From Octopus bimaculoides (taxonomy: Eukaryota), in assembly GCF_001194135.2 (NCBI RefSeq), contig NC_068981.1, positions 95,424,803 through 95,464,673 on the forward strand: 39,871 bases of DNA. Reading direction: 5' to 3'. Positions 22,777 to 34,700 of this stretch are shown here, piece after piece. The position numbers were made by a program, and so were the translations under genes. How positions within the stretch are numbered: the first letter of the stretch is position 1; each line of letters begins with the position of its first letter. The notes beneath the pieces are model-generated. The model saw only the letters and a program-made list of their open reading frames with translations. It did not search any database and had not been told where the DNA came from.

Positions 22777-24106
22777 TACTAGCAGAGGCACCCGGCGTTG
22801 CTCGGGAATGAAATTGTTGCTTATATACTTGAAGAAAAAAAGGCAAAATATGCTGTATAGAAATTTGAGAGGACATTCTGTAGATGGACTCTCAGATGAA
22901 TGATGGCTGGGCGCCTCTCGTGAATGGGGAAAATTGAAGATGTGCCAAAAAGCCTCATTGGTACTTGGAAACTTTTACGAAAATTAAATTGGGGATTAAA
23001 TGAAAAAAATGATTTGCGTGAATATCCTCACAAGAGTAATTGAAATAAATGGCGATTGTGGAACCCCCACGCACGCACGCACGCGCGCGCATACACACGT
23101 GTGTCTTTGTAAATATGTTTGTATACATTTATGTATGTGTGTGTAAGAGACAGAGTGTGAGTGAGTCAAGGGGTGTTTGTGTGCGTGTGTATGTGTGTGA
23201 GACAGAGTGAGAGAGCGGTGTGTATGTAGTATTTACTCTCTCTCTCTCTCTCTCTCTCTCTCATACACACTCACACACAAAATAGAGAGTGAAGCTTTTT
23301 GCCGTTGTTACGTCAATACCGGAAGTTGACATTGAGGAACCTTTTTAAAGAAGTGAATCATAAATATAAAGCAATATTATTTATNNNNNNNNNNNNNNNN
23401 NNNNNNNNNNNNNNNNNNNNNNNNNNNNNNNNNNNNNNNNNNNNNNNNNNNNNNNNNNNNNNNNNNNNNNNNNNNNNNNNNNNNNNNNNNNNNNNNNNNN
23501 NNNNNNNNNNNNNNNNNNNNNNNNNNNNNNNNNNNNNNNNNNNNNNNNNNNNNNNNNNNNNNNNNNNNNNNNNNNNNNNNNNNNNNNNNNNNNNNNNNNN
23601 NNNNNNNNNNNNNNNNNNNNNNNNNNNNNNNNNNNNNNNNNNNNNNNNNNNNNNNNNNNNNNNNNNNNNNNNNNNNNNNNNNNNNNNNNNNNNNNNNNNN
23701 NNNNNNNNNNNNNNNNNNNNNNNNNNNNNNNNNNNNNNNNNNNNNNNNNNNNNNNNNNNNNNNNNNNNNNNNNNNNNNNNNNNNNNNNNNNNNNNNNNNN
23801 NNNNNNNNNNNNNNNNNNNNNNNNNNNNNNNNNNNNNNNNNNNNNNNNNNNNNNNNNNNNNNNNNNNNNNNNNNNNNNNNNNNNNNNNNNNNNNNNNNNN
23901 NNNNNNNNNNNNNNNNNNNNNNNNNNNNNNNNNNNNNNNNNNNNNNNNNNNNNNNNNNNNNNNNNNNNNNNNNNNNNNNNNNNNNNNNNNNNAGAGTCCA
24001 TCTACAGAATGTCCTCAGATTTCTATACAGCATATTTTGCCTTTTTTCCTTCCAGTATATAAGCAACAATTTCATTCCCGGGCAACGCCGGGTGCCTCTG
24101 CTAGTA
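22777..24106. mobile_element. Non-autonomous element with long terminal inverted repeats and CTAG termini
   Basis: 22777-22893 (TACTAGCAGAGGCACCCGGCGTTGCTCGGGAATG...) is the reverse complement of 23993-24106 over at least 113 bp, with 4 substitutions and a 2-bp indel; the right arm is cut by a gap. The ends resemble Helitron/Helentron-derived non-autonomous repeats. Confidence 0.7.
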
Positions 24107-24200
24107 TATTATATATTATATAAATGTATGTATGTATGTATGTATGTATGTATGTATATATATATATAAAGGAATAAACGATTATTTCATGAATTTCATT

Positions 24201-24281
24201 AGCTTACAGCTGCTTCCGCTATAAGATGCAATTGATTCATAGCTGGGTACCTGAGTAACACTTTACAGCTTCATCAGATCC
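24201..24281 (-). ncRNA. Degenerate type-I hammerhead motif
   Basis: GGAU-CUGAUGA-a-GCUGUAA...UUAUAGC-g-GAAG-CAGCUG-UA-AGCU. Helix II has 7 bp, GAAA is changed to GAAG and helix I is weak. Confidence 0.5.
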
Positions 24282-24505
24282 TCAGTCACGCACATACATG
24301 TGTCACAAACGTTCCCTATCACAAGAGAACAAACACGCTGACGCTTCCTTGCTACTTTAGAAAACATTTCACCTTCATTTCTCTTTCTGATGAAGTACTA
24401 ACGACATCCGAACTGTGAAAGGCACTTTTGGTTTCAGTCAAATATTCAATTAACATCTTTTTCCATCACACTAATTTTTTTCTGTGTTCTTTTTACTGTT
24501 TTGAC

Positions 24506-24852
24506 GTGGTAAGAAGCCTTGCTTCCCAACCACATGTTTCCAGATTCAGTCCCACTGCATAGCACCTTCGGCAAATGTCTTTTACTATAGCCTCGAATCG
24601 ACCAAAGCCTTGTGAGTGAATTTGGTAGACGGAAACTGTATATGTATATAACTGCATGTGTGTGTCTTTGTATCTATAATTGTCCCCCATCATCACCGCT
24701 TGACAACCGCTAAGTTACGGGGACGTAAACACACCAGCATCGATTGTCACGCGATGGTGGGTGGACAAACACAGACATACGACGGGCATCTTTCAGTTTC
24801 TGTTTACCAAATCCACTCACAAGGCTTTTGTAGGCCCGAGGCTATAGTAGAC
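24506..24852. mobile_element. Two family A SINEs fused tail-to-tail
   Basis: Plus copy 24506-24709 and minus copy 24705-24852 overlap at AACCG. Confidence 0.85.
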
Positions 24853-25184
24853 GACACACACACACACACACACACACACACNNNNNNNNNNTAAATCAAA
24901 AATAAGTGGTATTCAAAAAGGAACATGTTTTATTTGCAGATATCGGGTATTAAAATGTGAAAATATGGAAAATTATCGTTCGGAATGCCGTTTAATTGAC
25001 TGGTTGGATGAAGAAGCCGTACAAAAAGCTTACACGGCATTTCTATGGACATGAAGGCAATCTGTAAGAAATATGTGTAATTGCAATATGAAATTATCTG
25101 AGGCATCTGGGAAGCTGTGCATTGAAATGAAAAAATGCTTGACTTTAACAACGGGCATTTGTCGAAAGATTAACATAACCTAAC

Positions 25185-25248
25185 GGCAGACGAAATATCG
25201 CTAAGCATTTCGCCCGGCGTACTAACGATTCTGCCAGCTCACCGCCCT
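25185..25248 (-). mobile_element. SINE family B, 5' head only
   Basis: GACGAAATATCGCTAAGCATTTCGCCCGGCGTACTAACGATTCTGCCAGCTCACCGCC is the reverse complement of the head. Confidence 0.75.
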
Positions 25249-25516
25249 AGAATGCGATTTATATAATATATATATATATTATATATAATACAGACACACA
25301 CACATACATTCATACGAACACACACACACACACACACACACACATTATGAAAGTGCTAATCCAGTGAAATAGAAGGCCAGTATCAACATAAAACGCCCGA
25401 AGCATTTTTGTGTGGAGAATATATATTCATGGAATATAATTTTGAGTGCAGACAGTGTTTCGATCTAGAGATCCTATCTACCAATGAATCATGGTTACGC
25501 ATTTTTTCAATGGCTA

Positions 25517-25560
<44 letters not shown>

Positions 25561-26929
25561 AGAATTGGAGCAGTATTTTCACAGAATTAAGGCAATGTTA
25601 GTCAAAGTTGGTATTTCCTTATAAGGGCTTAATCGATCATGTAGGAGTAAAATTTCAAATTATGTCGATAAATGGAGTAAAATGATAGGATTGGTGTTGT
25701 TTACAAATACATATGAGAAAAGTGAAAGAGAAATGAATAAGCTGATAGAAAGAAGGCAGAGAGAGTGAGAGAGGAAGAGAGAGAGTGAGAGGGAGAGAGA
25801 GAAGAGAGGGGGAGAGTAAGTTAAGCATGTCTGGCGCTGTCTTTTTAGAAACTTTCTTCAATTCTTTTTACACAAAACCCGCTCTTGCAATTTACCAAAT
25901 TTAATGATATTCTTTCAAATTCTGCTACTAAATAACACAATCTGTTCATTTTTGTTACAAAGAAACTNNNNNNNNNNNNNNNNNNNNNNNNNNNNNNNNN
26001 NNNNNNNNNNNNNNNNNNNNNNNNNNNNNNNNNNNNNNNNNNNNNNNNNNNNNNNNNNNNNNNNNNNNNNNNNNNNNNNNNNNNNNNNNNNNNNNNNNNN
26101 NNNNNNNNNNNNNNNNNNNNNNNNNNNNNNNNNNNNNNNNNNNNNNNNNNNNNNNNNNNNNNNNNNNNNNNNNNNNNNNNNNNNNNNNNNNNNNNNNNNN
26201 NNNNNNNNNNNNNNNNNNNNNNNNNNNNNNNNNNNNNNNNNNNNNNNNNNNNNNNNNNNNNNNNNNNNNNNNNNNNNNNNNNNNNNNNNNNNNNNNNNNN
26301 NNNNNNNNNNNNNNNNNNNNNNNNNNNNNNNNNNNNNNNNNNNNNNNNNNNNNNNNNNNNNNNNNNNNNNNNNNNNNNNNNNNNNNNNNNNNNNNNNNNN
26401 NNNNNNNNNNNNNNNNNNNNNNNNNNNNNNNNNNNNNNNNNNNNNNNNNNNNNNNNNNNNNNNNNNNNNNNNNNNNNNNNNNNNNNNNNNNNNNNNNNNN
26501 NNNNNNNNNNNNNNNNNNNNNNNNNNNNNNNNNNNNNNNNNNNNNNNNNNNNNNNNNNNNNNNNNNNNNNNNNNNNNNNNNNNNNNNNNNNNNNNNNNNN
26601 NNNNNNNNNNNNNNNNNNNNNNNNNNNNNNNNNNNNNNNNNNNNNNNNNNNNNNNNNNNNNNNNNNNNNNNNNNNNNNNNNNNNNNNNNNNNNNNNNNNN
26701 NNNNNNNNTGTGTGTGTGCCTGCGTGCTTCGGTTCAATTTTGTTAAAAGTTATTTATTTCTTATTAAAAATTCCACAATATATGTTTTCGTGTAAAAATC
26801 CTGATTTTAACCGAAACTTAAATCTTTAGTTTTCCGAACTTGCGGTTTTTATTATTCACCATATTTATTAGGTAGAATATTAGCATCTGATTGCACTTCT
26901 CAACAATATCGATGTATACAAACATTAAA

Positions 26930-27320
26930 GGAGTGGTTGTGTGGTAAGAAGTTTGCTTCTGAATCACATGGCTTGAGGTTCAGTCCTACTGCGTTGCTCT
27001 TTGGCCAAGTGACCTCTAAGATAACCTTAGGCCGACGAAAGTCTTGTGAGTGAATATGGTAGACGGAAACTGAAAGAAGTCCGTCGTGTACATATATAAA
27101 TATGTGTGTGTATGTGTGTCTGTATTTGGTCCCTACAACCTCTTGACGGTTGGTGTTGGTTTGCTTACGTCCCAGTTATTCAGCGGTTCAGCAAAAGAGA
27201 ACTGTAGATTAAGTGTCAAGTTTAAAAGGTACAAGTACTGGGCTCGATTCGCTCGACTAAAATTCTTAAGTTCGGTGCCCCAGCGTGGTTGCAGTTTAAT
27301 AACTGAAACAACTAAAAGAT
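26930..27320 (+). mobile_element. SINE family A, long form
   Basis: tRNA-like head, body, internal TA/TG microsatellite and 3' domain ending CTGAAACAACTAAAAGA. Confidence 0.85.
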
Positions 27321-28488
27321 TATATACATTATATATATATNNNNNNNNNNNNNNNNNNNNNNNNNNNNNNNNNNNNNNNNNNNNNNNNNNNNNNNNNNNN
27401 NNNNNNNNNNNNNNNNNNNNNNNNNNNNNNNNNNNNNNNNNNNNNNNNNNNNNNNNNNNNNNNNNNNNNNNNNNNNNNNNNNNNNNNNNNNNNNNNNNNN
27501 NNNNNNNNNNNNNNNNNNNNNNNNNNNNNNNNNNNNNNNNNNNNNNNNNNNNNNNNNNNNNNNNNNNNNNNNNNNNNNNNNNNNNNNNNNNNNNNNNNNN
27601 NNNNNNNNNNNNNNNNNNNNNNNNNNNNNNNNNNNNNNNNNNNNNNNNNNNNNNNNNNNNNNNNNNNNNNNNNNNNNNNNNNNNNNNNNNNNNNNNNNNN
27701 NNNNNNNNNNNNNNNNNNNNNNNNNNNNNNNNNNNNNNNNNNNNNNNNNNNNNNNNNNNNNNNNNNNNNNNNNNNNNNNNNNNNNNNNNNNNNNNNNNNN
27801 NNNNNNNNNNNNNNNNNNNNNNNNNNNNNNNNNNNNNNNNNNNNNNNNNNNNNNNNNNNNNNNNNNNNNNNNNNNNNNNNNNNNNNNNNNNNNNNNNNNN
27901 NNNNNNNNNNNNNNNNNNNNNNNNNNNNNNNNNNNNNNNNNNNNNNNNNNNNNNNNNNNNAGAGAGAGAGAGAGAGAGATTCAGTTGAATTAGGTACTTA
28001 AGTTGAAGCACCAAGTCAGTCCGGTATTATCCGCACAGCTCGAAGTAAGGTGAATAAAATAAGCAACAGAATATCAAGAAGTGATGCAGTACGACCGTTT
28101 CAAGCGGCTCCATTTAATAGAACAAAGCAATCATTACACCAGTTTAAATGCAGAGCTATCACCAACAGCACAAATAAATAGAATTGTAACCAGTTGGACA
28201 CATTAATATAATTTTTCTCAAATACTTTTACAGAGCAAGAAGATGGAAGAAATTGTCGCTATAGTAGCTAAGAATTGACTACACTTCCAAGAATGGCATG
28301 AAGCCTACTGGGATCTTAGCTTGTAAAGGATCGTGATTCATTTCTAATTTATTTGTCTTTTTATCCACTACTAAACCTAAAACTAGAGGACTGGAAGAAG
28401 TGTGTTGGCCGCAAGGACTACATAGAAAAATAAACCTCATTTAATCATATTCCATGAGAGTATCTTGGTCAGCCTATGAGTTTTTTAA

Positions 28489-28570
28489 CACTCGGCGTCG
28501 TTTGGGGTGTTTTCCCCGGACGCTATTTCGCGGCAAATATACGTTTAAACCAAATACTTACACTATGTAT
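28489..28570 (+). repeat. Dispersed repeat starting immediately after TTAA (copy 1; copy 2 at 36945-37026)
   Basis: Both copies read TTAA|CACTCGGC...AAAT...TAAAC.AAA.AC.TACACTATGTAT, with unrelated sequence upstream. Confidence 0.5.
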
Positions 28571-31494
28571 GTGCGACAGATAATGTTTATATTTGCATAT
28601 ATAATTAATGATTCAAGATTGATTTAAGACAAAACGAATCTAACATGAGTCAGTGTCACTTAAAACTCGCTTTATTTTCTTTTATTTGTACAGCAGAGAA
28701 GAAACTATTGAAAGAAGATTTTCCCATTTGTCACACAATCTATTCTTATATATATATATTTTTAAAGACTATGTTAAAGTTCCCAGAACGGTTTTCTTAT
28801 ATATTATTTTAACTCCAATTCATCAGCATCGTATTACGCCAGCTGTTTAAAAACAGACGGATTATACTTACATCACTTGTCACATTCATACATCTTCAGG
28901 ATTTTTAATCTTTCTCGAGGCTAATAAATGTCTTGGAAACTAAAAGTGATTTATTTTGTTTTCATTATTTTTAGTTTGTTTTCAAATTTCACTCACAATT
29001 GTTTATGCTACAATACTTTCTTCAATCAAATAATTATTTTCAGATCTGACTTTTGTTTCTATCTTCTCACATGTACATACGCAACCGTTTTGATATCATT
29101 GCCTTTTATCGAAAACAGGAGAGGCCGAACCGCTTTTTATCTTAATACTACCGACGATAATCAATTGAATAACATCTGTCGCGAACACATCAATCACAGT
29201 TTAAAAAAAAAAACTGAGATTCTATTTCTATTCAAAGAAATTTCATATTATGTTATAATGTATTTAGGAAGTTGCGAAGGTAAAAGAGTAGCGGTTAAAT
29301 CCCTCTCCAATTACCATCTTGAAAGAAAAATTATGGGATAATTTAGTACTGAAAGCAAAACAGGATTCTATTCCGTCACAGAGGTTCCACATTATGCGTT
29401 GTCTTTAGGATAGGTGCAAACGTCAAAAATAGTAGCCAAATCTCCTTCCAGTTACACTTATCTTCTTTGAAGAAGAAAATACTGGATAATTTAGTACTGA
29501 GTACAAGACAGCATAGTTATGGTTACAACTCTTTTCATTATGTATCGACTCAAAAAAGATTGATTTTGGGGAAACAACTAGGGCATCAAAGCGCAACACG
29601 CAAAACACACGCGCGCGCGCACACACGCAGGCACACATTCACTCTCTCTCTCTCAGACATACACACGCACTCACACACAAGCGCGCGTGTAAAGTTGGTA
29701 TCGTTTGTATTTCCAGAGAATGGATTGGCAAATTAGAAAGTTGGTTCTATGAGTTCTGAGTTCAAATCACGCTGGCTGCCACCACTGCATCCTCTTATAA
29801 ACGAACACACACACACACACACACACACATTAAGAATGAGTATGCAAGTCATCGTTTTGATTTTCGCTGTTCATTGTGACGTAACGATTTATTCCTTTGG
29901 CTGACGAGACACAACGATATCGGAATACCGGGTGTCCAAAAGTCCTCTTACACTAATGAATCTTGTGTCTTATGAACACACATTCATCTGAAAGAAGGAT
30001 TTGTTTTCCAACGACAAAACACAACAACGATTTACGTATTTACTTTCGAATCTACTGGTACTTATTAAGAATGAATATGCAAATCACAGATAAATTTATT
30101 AGTTAAGAAATAAATGATTAGTTACATAGAAAATTACTTAAGTTGTAAGTAGTAAGATGTAGTGAATATTATATACTGAATCATCTGTGATAAAACTGGA
30201 GTTACACAAAGAATTACAACGCTACTTTTAACATTATTCAAATGAAATATATCATAAACGATATTATTTTAGTAGTTTTATTATTACATGCGTCATAATC
30301 TGTGTTAATCTTCTATTTTATTATATTGTATTTGGACATAAGCAGCATTCTATATGAATGTACATAATCATAATTACGAAATTACTCTTAGGTTAACTTT
30401 TGCTTTTCATCCTTCCAGAGTTGATAAATAACATATTTCAAAATAACTAACATGCATTCGTTTTAATTTGAACACACGTTTTAAAAATGTCTCTATATTT
30501 TACTTAAATTTTATTTGCCATCACAGTATGAGAGTATCTTCTTTATTTAAAAAAAATACGCATAATGTAAGGACTTAATGCAGGCATTTTTTCATCGAGA
30601 TACCAAGTATAAATAACTAAAACATACATAAGTCAGGTTTTTTTCTCAAATTTTCCTTATTTGTTTTCTAATTTTCTACATGTTGTCGAGTGACATCCGT
30701 TAATTCATTTTTAAATCGTGGAGCACAGTTTCAAGACTATTGTAATTCCTACCCGCACCCAAGACAGCTCCTCCCTTTCTGCTGTCCTTAACGCCAGGAA
30801 TTCGCCGCTTGATGTACTTTACTGCTTACTGAAAGTCAAATTATACCCTTTTCTTGCTTCTTCTATATCCCCCAACATCCTTCCTTCCTCAAGCTATTTT
30901 TTTAAAGTTACATTGTTGATGACATTGTTCCTGCTCTGTTTTTTTTTCTCTCTTTCACCTCGTCTTTTATCACTTGTTCTTATACGAAGAACACGAATAT
31001 ATAAACGTAAGCTCATTTGTCAAACATCCCTCGAAGGCCTTATTACTATGTATTATCACGATTGTTATTCTTGTTATTGTTAATAAAGAAGATGAAAATA
31101 ATGGAGATGTTGCAACGAAACAGAATGCTTATTCTTATTGTCTCGTGAATCATATGTAAAAGCATTTCTCACCTCAGACAAACTGAGTTTTATTACTAAT
31201 AGATAACATTCAAAGGAAAGGTGTGTTAGGAATTAGGTAACTTTTTATGTCTACAAAGACAATATACTATCCATTGCAGAGCAGATTTTATTGTGCTTAT
31301 CACGGCAATTTCCCTTGCTAGAAAAGAATTAGTATGAACGAACATTAATACCAAACCTACTCCACCCATATCGGTTCAGAAGCATTTATAGCATTGGCAC
31401 TGTAACCGTATGCTTATGTTAGTTACCTCCTCTCACTCACAATATCTTTTTTTCTCTTAATCTGGTCTTGCTTCAGTCAAAGGGCTGCAAGATA

Positions 31495-31700
31495 ATTGGT
31501 TTCAAATTTTGGCACAAGGCCATAAATTTCGGGAAAGAGACTAAGTCGATTTGATCGACATCAGTGTTCAACTGGTATTTATTTTGTCGACCACAACAAG
31601 ATGAAAAGCAAAGTCAACCTCGACCGAATTTGAACTCCGAAAGTAAAGACGGACGAAATGTCGCTAAGCATTTTTCCCGACGGGCTAACATTTCTGCCTG
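31495..31700 (-). mobile_element. SINE family B
   Basis: Reverse complement of core and GCCAAAATTTGAAACC tail. Confidence 0.85.
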
Positions 31701-32601
31701 TTAGTTAAATGTTTGAAAGAGAAAAGAGAAAAACAAGGAATACGTTTTGTATGTATATATATGTATATATGTGTGTGATATGATATATATAGTTATTTTT
31801 ACTAATTGATTTTACTAATTTGATTTTTCAAATTTACAAATATTATACTAATATACTCTCATGCAGAACTACACCTTACCAAAAATAAATAAATAAATAA
31901 ATAAATGTATGGCAGGAATATATTCTAAATAGGACTCAAAGTATATAAAAAGAAAGGACAAAGAATATAAAAGGAAAGAACTAAAAAACAAAGAAAAAAC
32001 AGGAAGACATTTTTTTGTTTTATGTATACTTTCTATTTATTATTCTCTATTTTTTCTTCTCTCTTTTTTCTTTTTCTTTTCTTCCTTCTCTTACCATCCC
32101 TAGAAACCCTCTCAAAACAATAGAGTAAGTAGTAAACAAGATTTTACCCTTATTTATTTATTTATTTGACACTCCTTAAAAAGACCATTTCAATACAATG
32201 GCCCTTCTCTCTCTCTTTTACCACATCCATCTCTCTATCTGTCTGACTATCAATCTATCTATCTATCTCTCTGTCTGCGTGTCTATCTATCTATCTGCTT
32301 ATACATCTTCCATTGTCTCCAAAGCCTTACCCCACCCAAAAAAAAACCCCAAACAAAAAAAACAAAACAAAACAATGTTCTGTTATAAACAAAACCCAAA
32401 GACACCTGTTTTATATAAATAAGCAAGATCTCTATATTTTCACAGAATTATATTTGACAAGTTCGAAAGACGAACGAAAGCGCTAATATATGTATAAAAT
32501 AAATGAAAGAAGTTATTCCAAAATTCTGACGACTTCTTTTTCAATNNNNNNNNNNGACGACTTCTTTTTCAATATTTAATTCTGTACATCGCACCTAACA
32601 T

Positions 32602-32648
<47 letters not shown>

Positions 32649-32823
32649 TTATATATATATACATACATATCATACATGTGTATATACATATATATACATA
32701 TATGTACATTCGTATATTTATTTATATAAGGGCATTACAATAGATGAATGCCTCACGCTAAGAGGGACTCTAAGGTCAAACTACCATAATAAACACATCT
32801 TTACCGAACGCGAGGAAATGCAA

Positions 32824-32882
32824 CTATAGATCATGATTTCGTAGTTATTGCAGTAATATGCAACTTCTACTCATCAGTGTAG
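32824..32882 (-). ncRNA. Compact type-I hammerhead ribozyme with canonical core
   Basis: CUACA-CUGAUGA-GUAG aa GUUGCA uauuac UGCAAU aa CUAC-GAAA-UCAUGA-UC-UAUAG. G10.1-C11.1 is canonical, helix II is bipartite (4+6 bp), helix III is palindromic, the triplet is AUC and helix I has one C.A mismatch. Confidence 0.85.
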
Positions 32883-32966
32883 TATGGTCAAGAGAGTTAG
32901 CAAAACATATTAAGCAACACTAATAATAAATCAAAAAACATTCAAAATTATGATGCTATGATGCTA

Positions 32967-32995
32967 GGTGTTTCCATTATTTTGTCCAACCCCTG
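32967..32995 (-). mobile_element. Tc1-like terminal inverted repeat (single end seen)
   Basis: Reverse complement TA|CAGGGGTTGGACAAAATAATGGAAACACC, abutting a TA run; a CAG.G start with TA target is typical of Tc1/mariner. Confidence 0.55.
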
Positions 32996-33375
32996 TATAT
33001 ATATATATATATATATATATATNNNNNNNNNNNNNNNNNNNNNNNNNNNNNNNNNNNNNNNNNNNNNNNNNNNNNNNNNNNNNNNNNNNNNNNNNNNNNN
33101 NNNNNNNNNNNNNNNNNNNNNNNNNNNNNNNNNNNNNNNNNNNNNNNNNNNNNNNNNNNNNNNNNNNNNNNNNNNNNNNNNNNNNNNNNNNNNNNNNNNN
33201 NNNNNNNNNNNNNNNNNNNNNNNNNNNNNNNNNNNNNNNNNNNNNNNNNNNNNNNNNNNNNNNNNNNNNNNNNNNNNNNNNNNNNNNNNNNNNNNNNNNN
33301 NNNNNNNNNNNNNNNNNNNNNNNNNNNNNNNNNNNNNNNNNCACACATATATATGCATACATACATACATATATA

Positions 33376-33674
33376 CAAGGTGCGTAAGATATTTCAGGAC
33401 AGATTTATGTTTATAAAAAAACGGATATATAATAACAGATGATAACTTTATTTTTCAAAAAATGTTATGAGGATAAAAATAAACGTTCTTTTCTATAATG
33501 TTATGCAATAAAGCTACCTTCAGCTTCAACAACTGCTTCTATATGAGATCAAAATCATCTACATGCTCGAATCAAATGGTCCTGATTAATTTTGGACATT
33601 ACTCTGACTATGGCAATTTTCAAAATATCTTTGGTGTTATGGGCGTGTTCATTGACCTCTCTCTCTCTATTTCT

Positions 33675-33706
<32 letters not shown>

Positions 33707-34671
33707 CAACAACGCTCCACATGTAATAGTCCAATGGATTGAGATCTGAGGAATTAGGAGGCCAAATGTTAAGGGTTATTTGATCATTAAAATTTTCAGC
33801 CATAAATTCCAGTGTTAATAGAGCCATGTGTGATAGTGCAGAGTCTTACTGAAACACATATGGTCTTCCATTACATATACTGCCTATCCAGAGCTTAACA
33901 ATTATTTCCAGGACCTCAATGTAGGCGGCAGAGTTAACTCTATGGCCTTGTGGAAAGAAGGCATCACATGTCCTTCATTACTGACAACCCCTAAAACCAG
34001 ACAGTTGCAGGAAATTTTGTATGTTTAACACTTGGAACTTCAGAAGTGTCTGCTCATAACCATCTGTCATTTCTTCTGTTAACTTTTTGACCTTGGTTTA
34101 AGTTTTTCTCGTTTGAGAAAAACCAAACCAAATCTTCTTATGCTGGATTTTTCAGTTTGTTTAAGAGCCTTTTAGATCTGATGTAGTGATTTTCTTTTGC
34201 TTTTTCTGACAAATTGATCTTTCCTCATCATATAAGACTTATATCTGATGTTCTCGTTGACAGCATTTATGACTGTTTCTTCTGACACATGGAGATCTTT
34301 TGCAATTGACTTCATGGACTTTCTGGGATTGTAATCAATGGTCTGTTGAACTTGCTGGATAAATTCAGGTGCTCTAATGATTTCAGGGCGTTTAGAATGC
34401 TTTTTATGCTTTGATACTGATGATACATTTCTGTATTCAGTCTCTAGCTCCTTACAAACTTTGTAGACGAAAGATCTGGCAACTTTTAAAAATCGAGATA
34501 TTTCTAAATCCCTATGCTCAACCTTTATAACAGCATGCCTCTACATTTCTTGAGTAAGCTGAACGTCTGCTTTTATTATTTTCTGAAACAAAAATTATAC
34601 AGAGTTAACAAAAAATGCAGCAATGACCCCCCAAAAGGTATGTCCTGAAATACCTTACGCACCCCACCCTG
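33376..34671 (-). mobile_element. Near full-length Tc1/mariner element, DD37D (maT) type, inactivated
   Basis: TIRs CAAGGTGCGTAAGATATTTCAGGACA (33376-33401) and its complement at 34641-34663 (1 mismatch), with TA flanks; ~1.3 kb. The transposase has FSNEKN...NRRNDRWL and YVFQ*DSALSH...WPPNSSDLNPLDYY, with 37 residues between the second and third D; it contains stops and a (GA)n expansion. Confidence 0.9.
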
Positions 34672-34700
34672 CGTATATATATATATATATATATATATAC

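Noticed and set aside
24383-24430. CUGAUGA...GAAA on the plus strand
   Set aside because: Helix II is weak, and there is no palindromic helix III or helix I; at most a heavily decayed relic.
28090-28145. GAAACGGUC half-motif on the minus strand
   Set aside because: The partner core has two mismatches (GUAAUGA) and no convincing stems.
32528-32575. 18-bp direct repeat GACGACTTCTTTTTCAAT
   Set aside because: The copies flank a 10-N gap, typical of overlapping contig ends.
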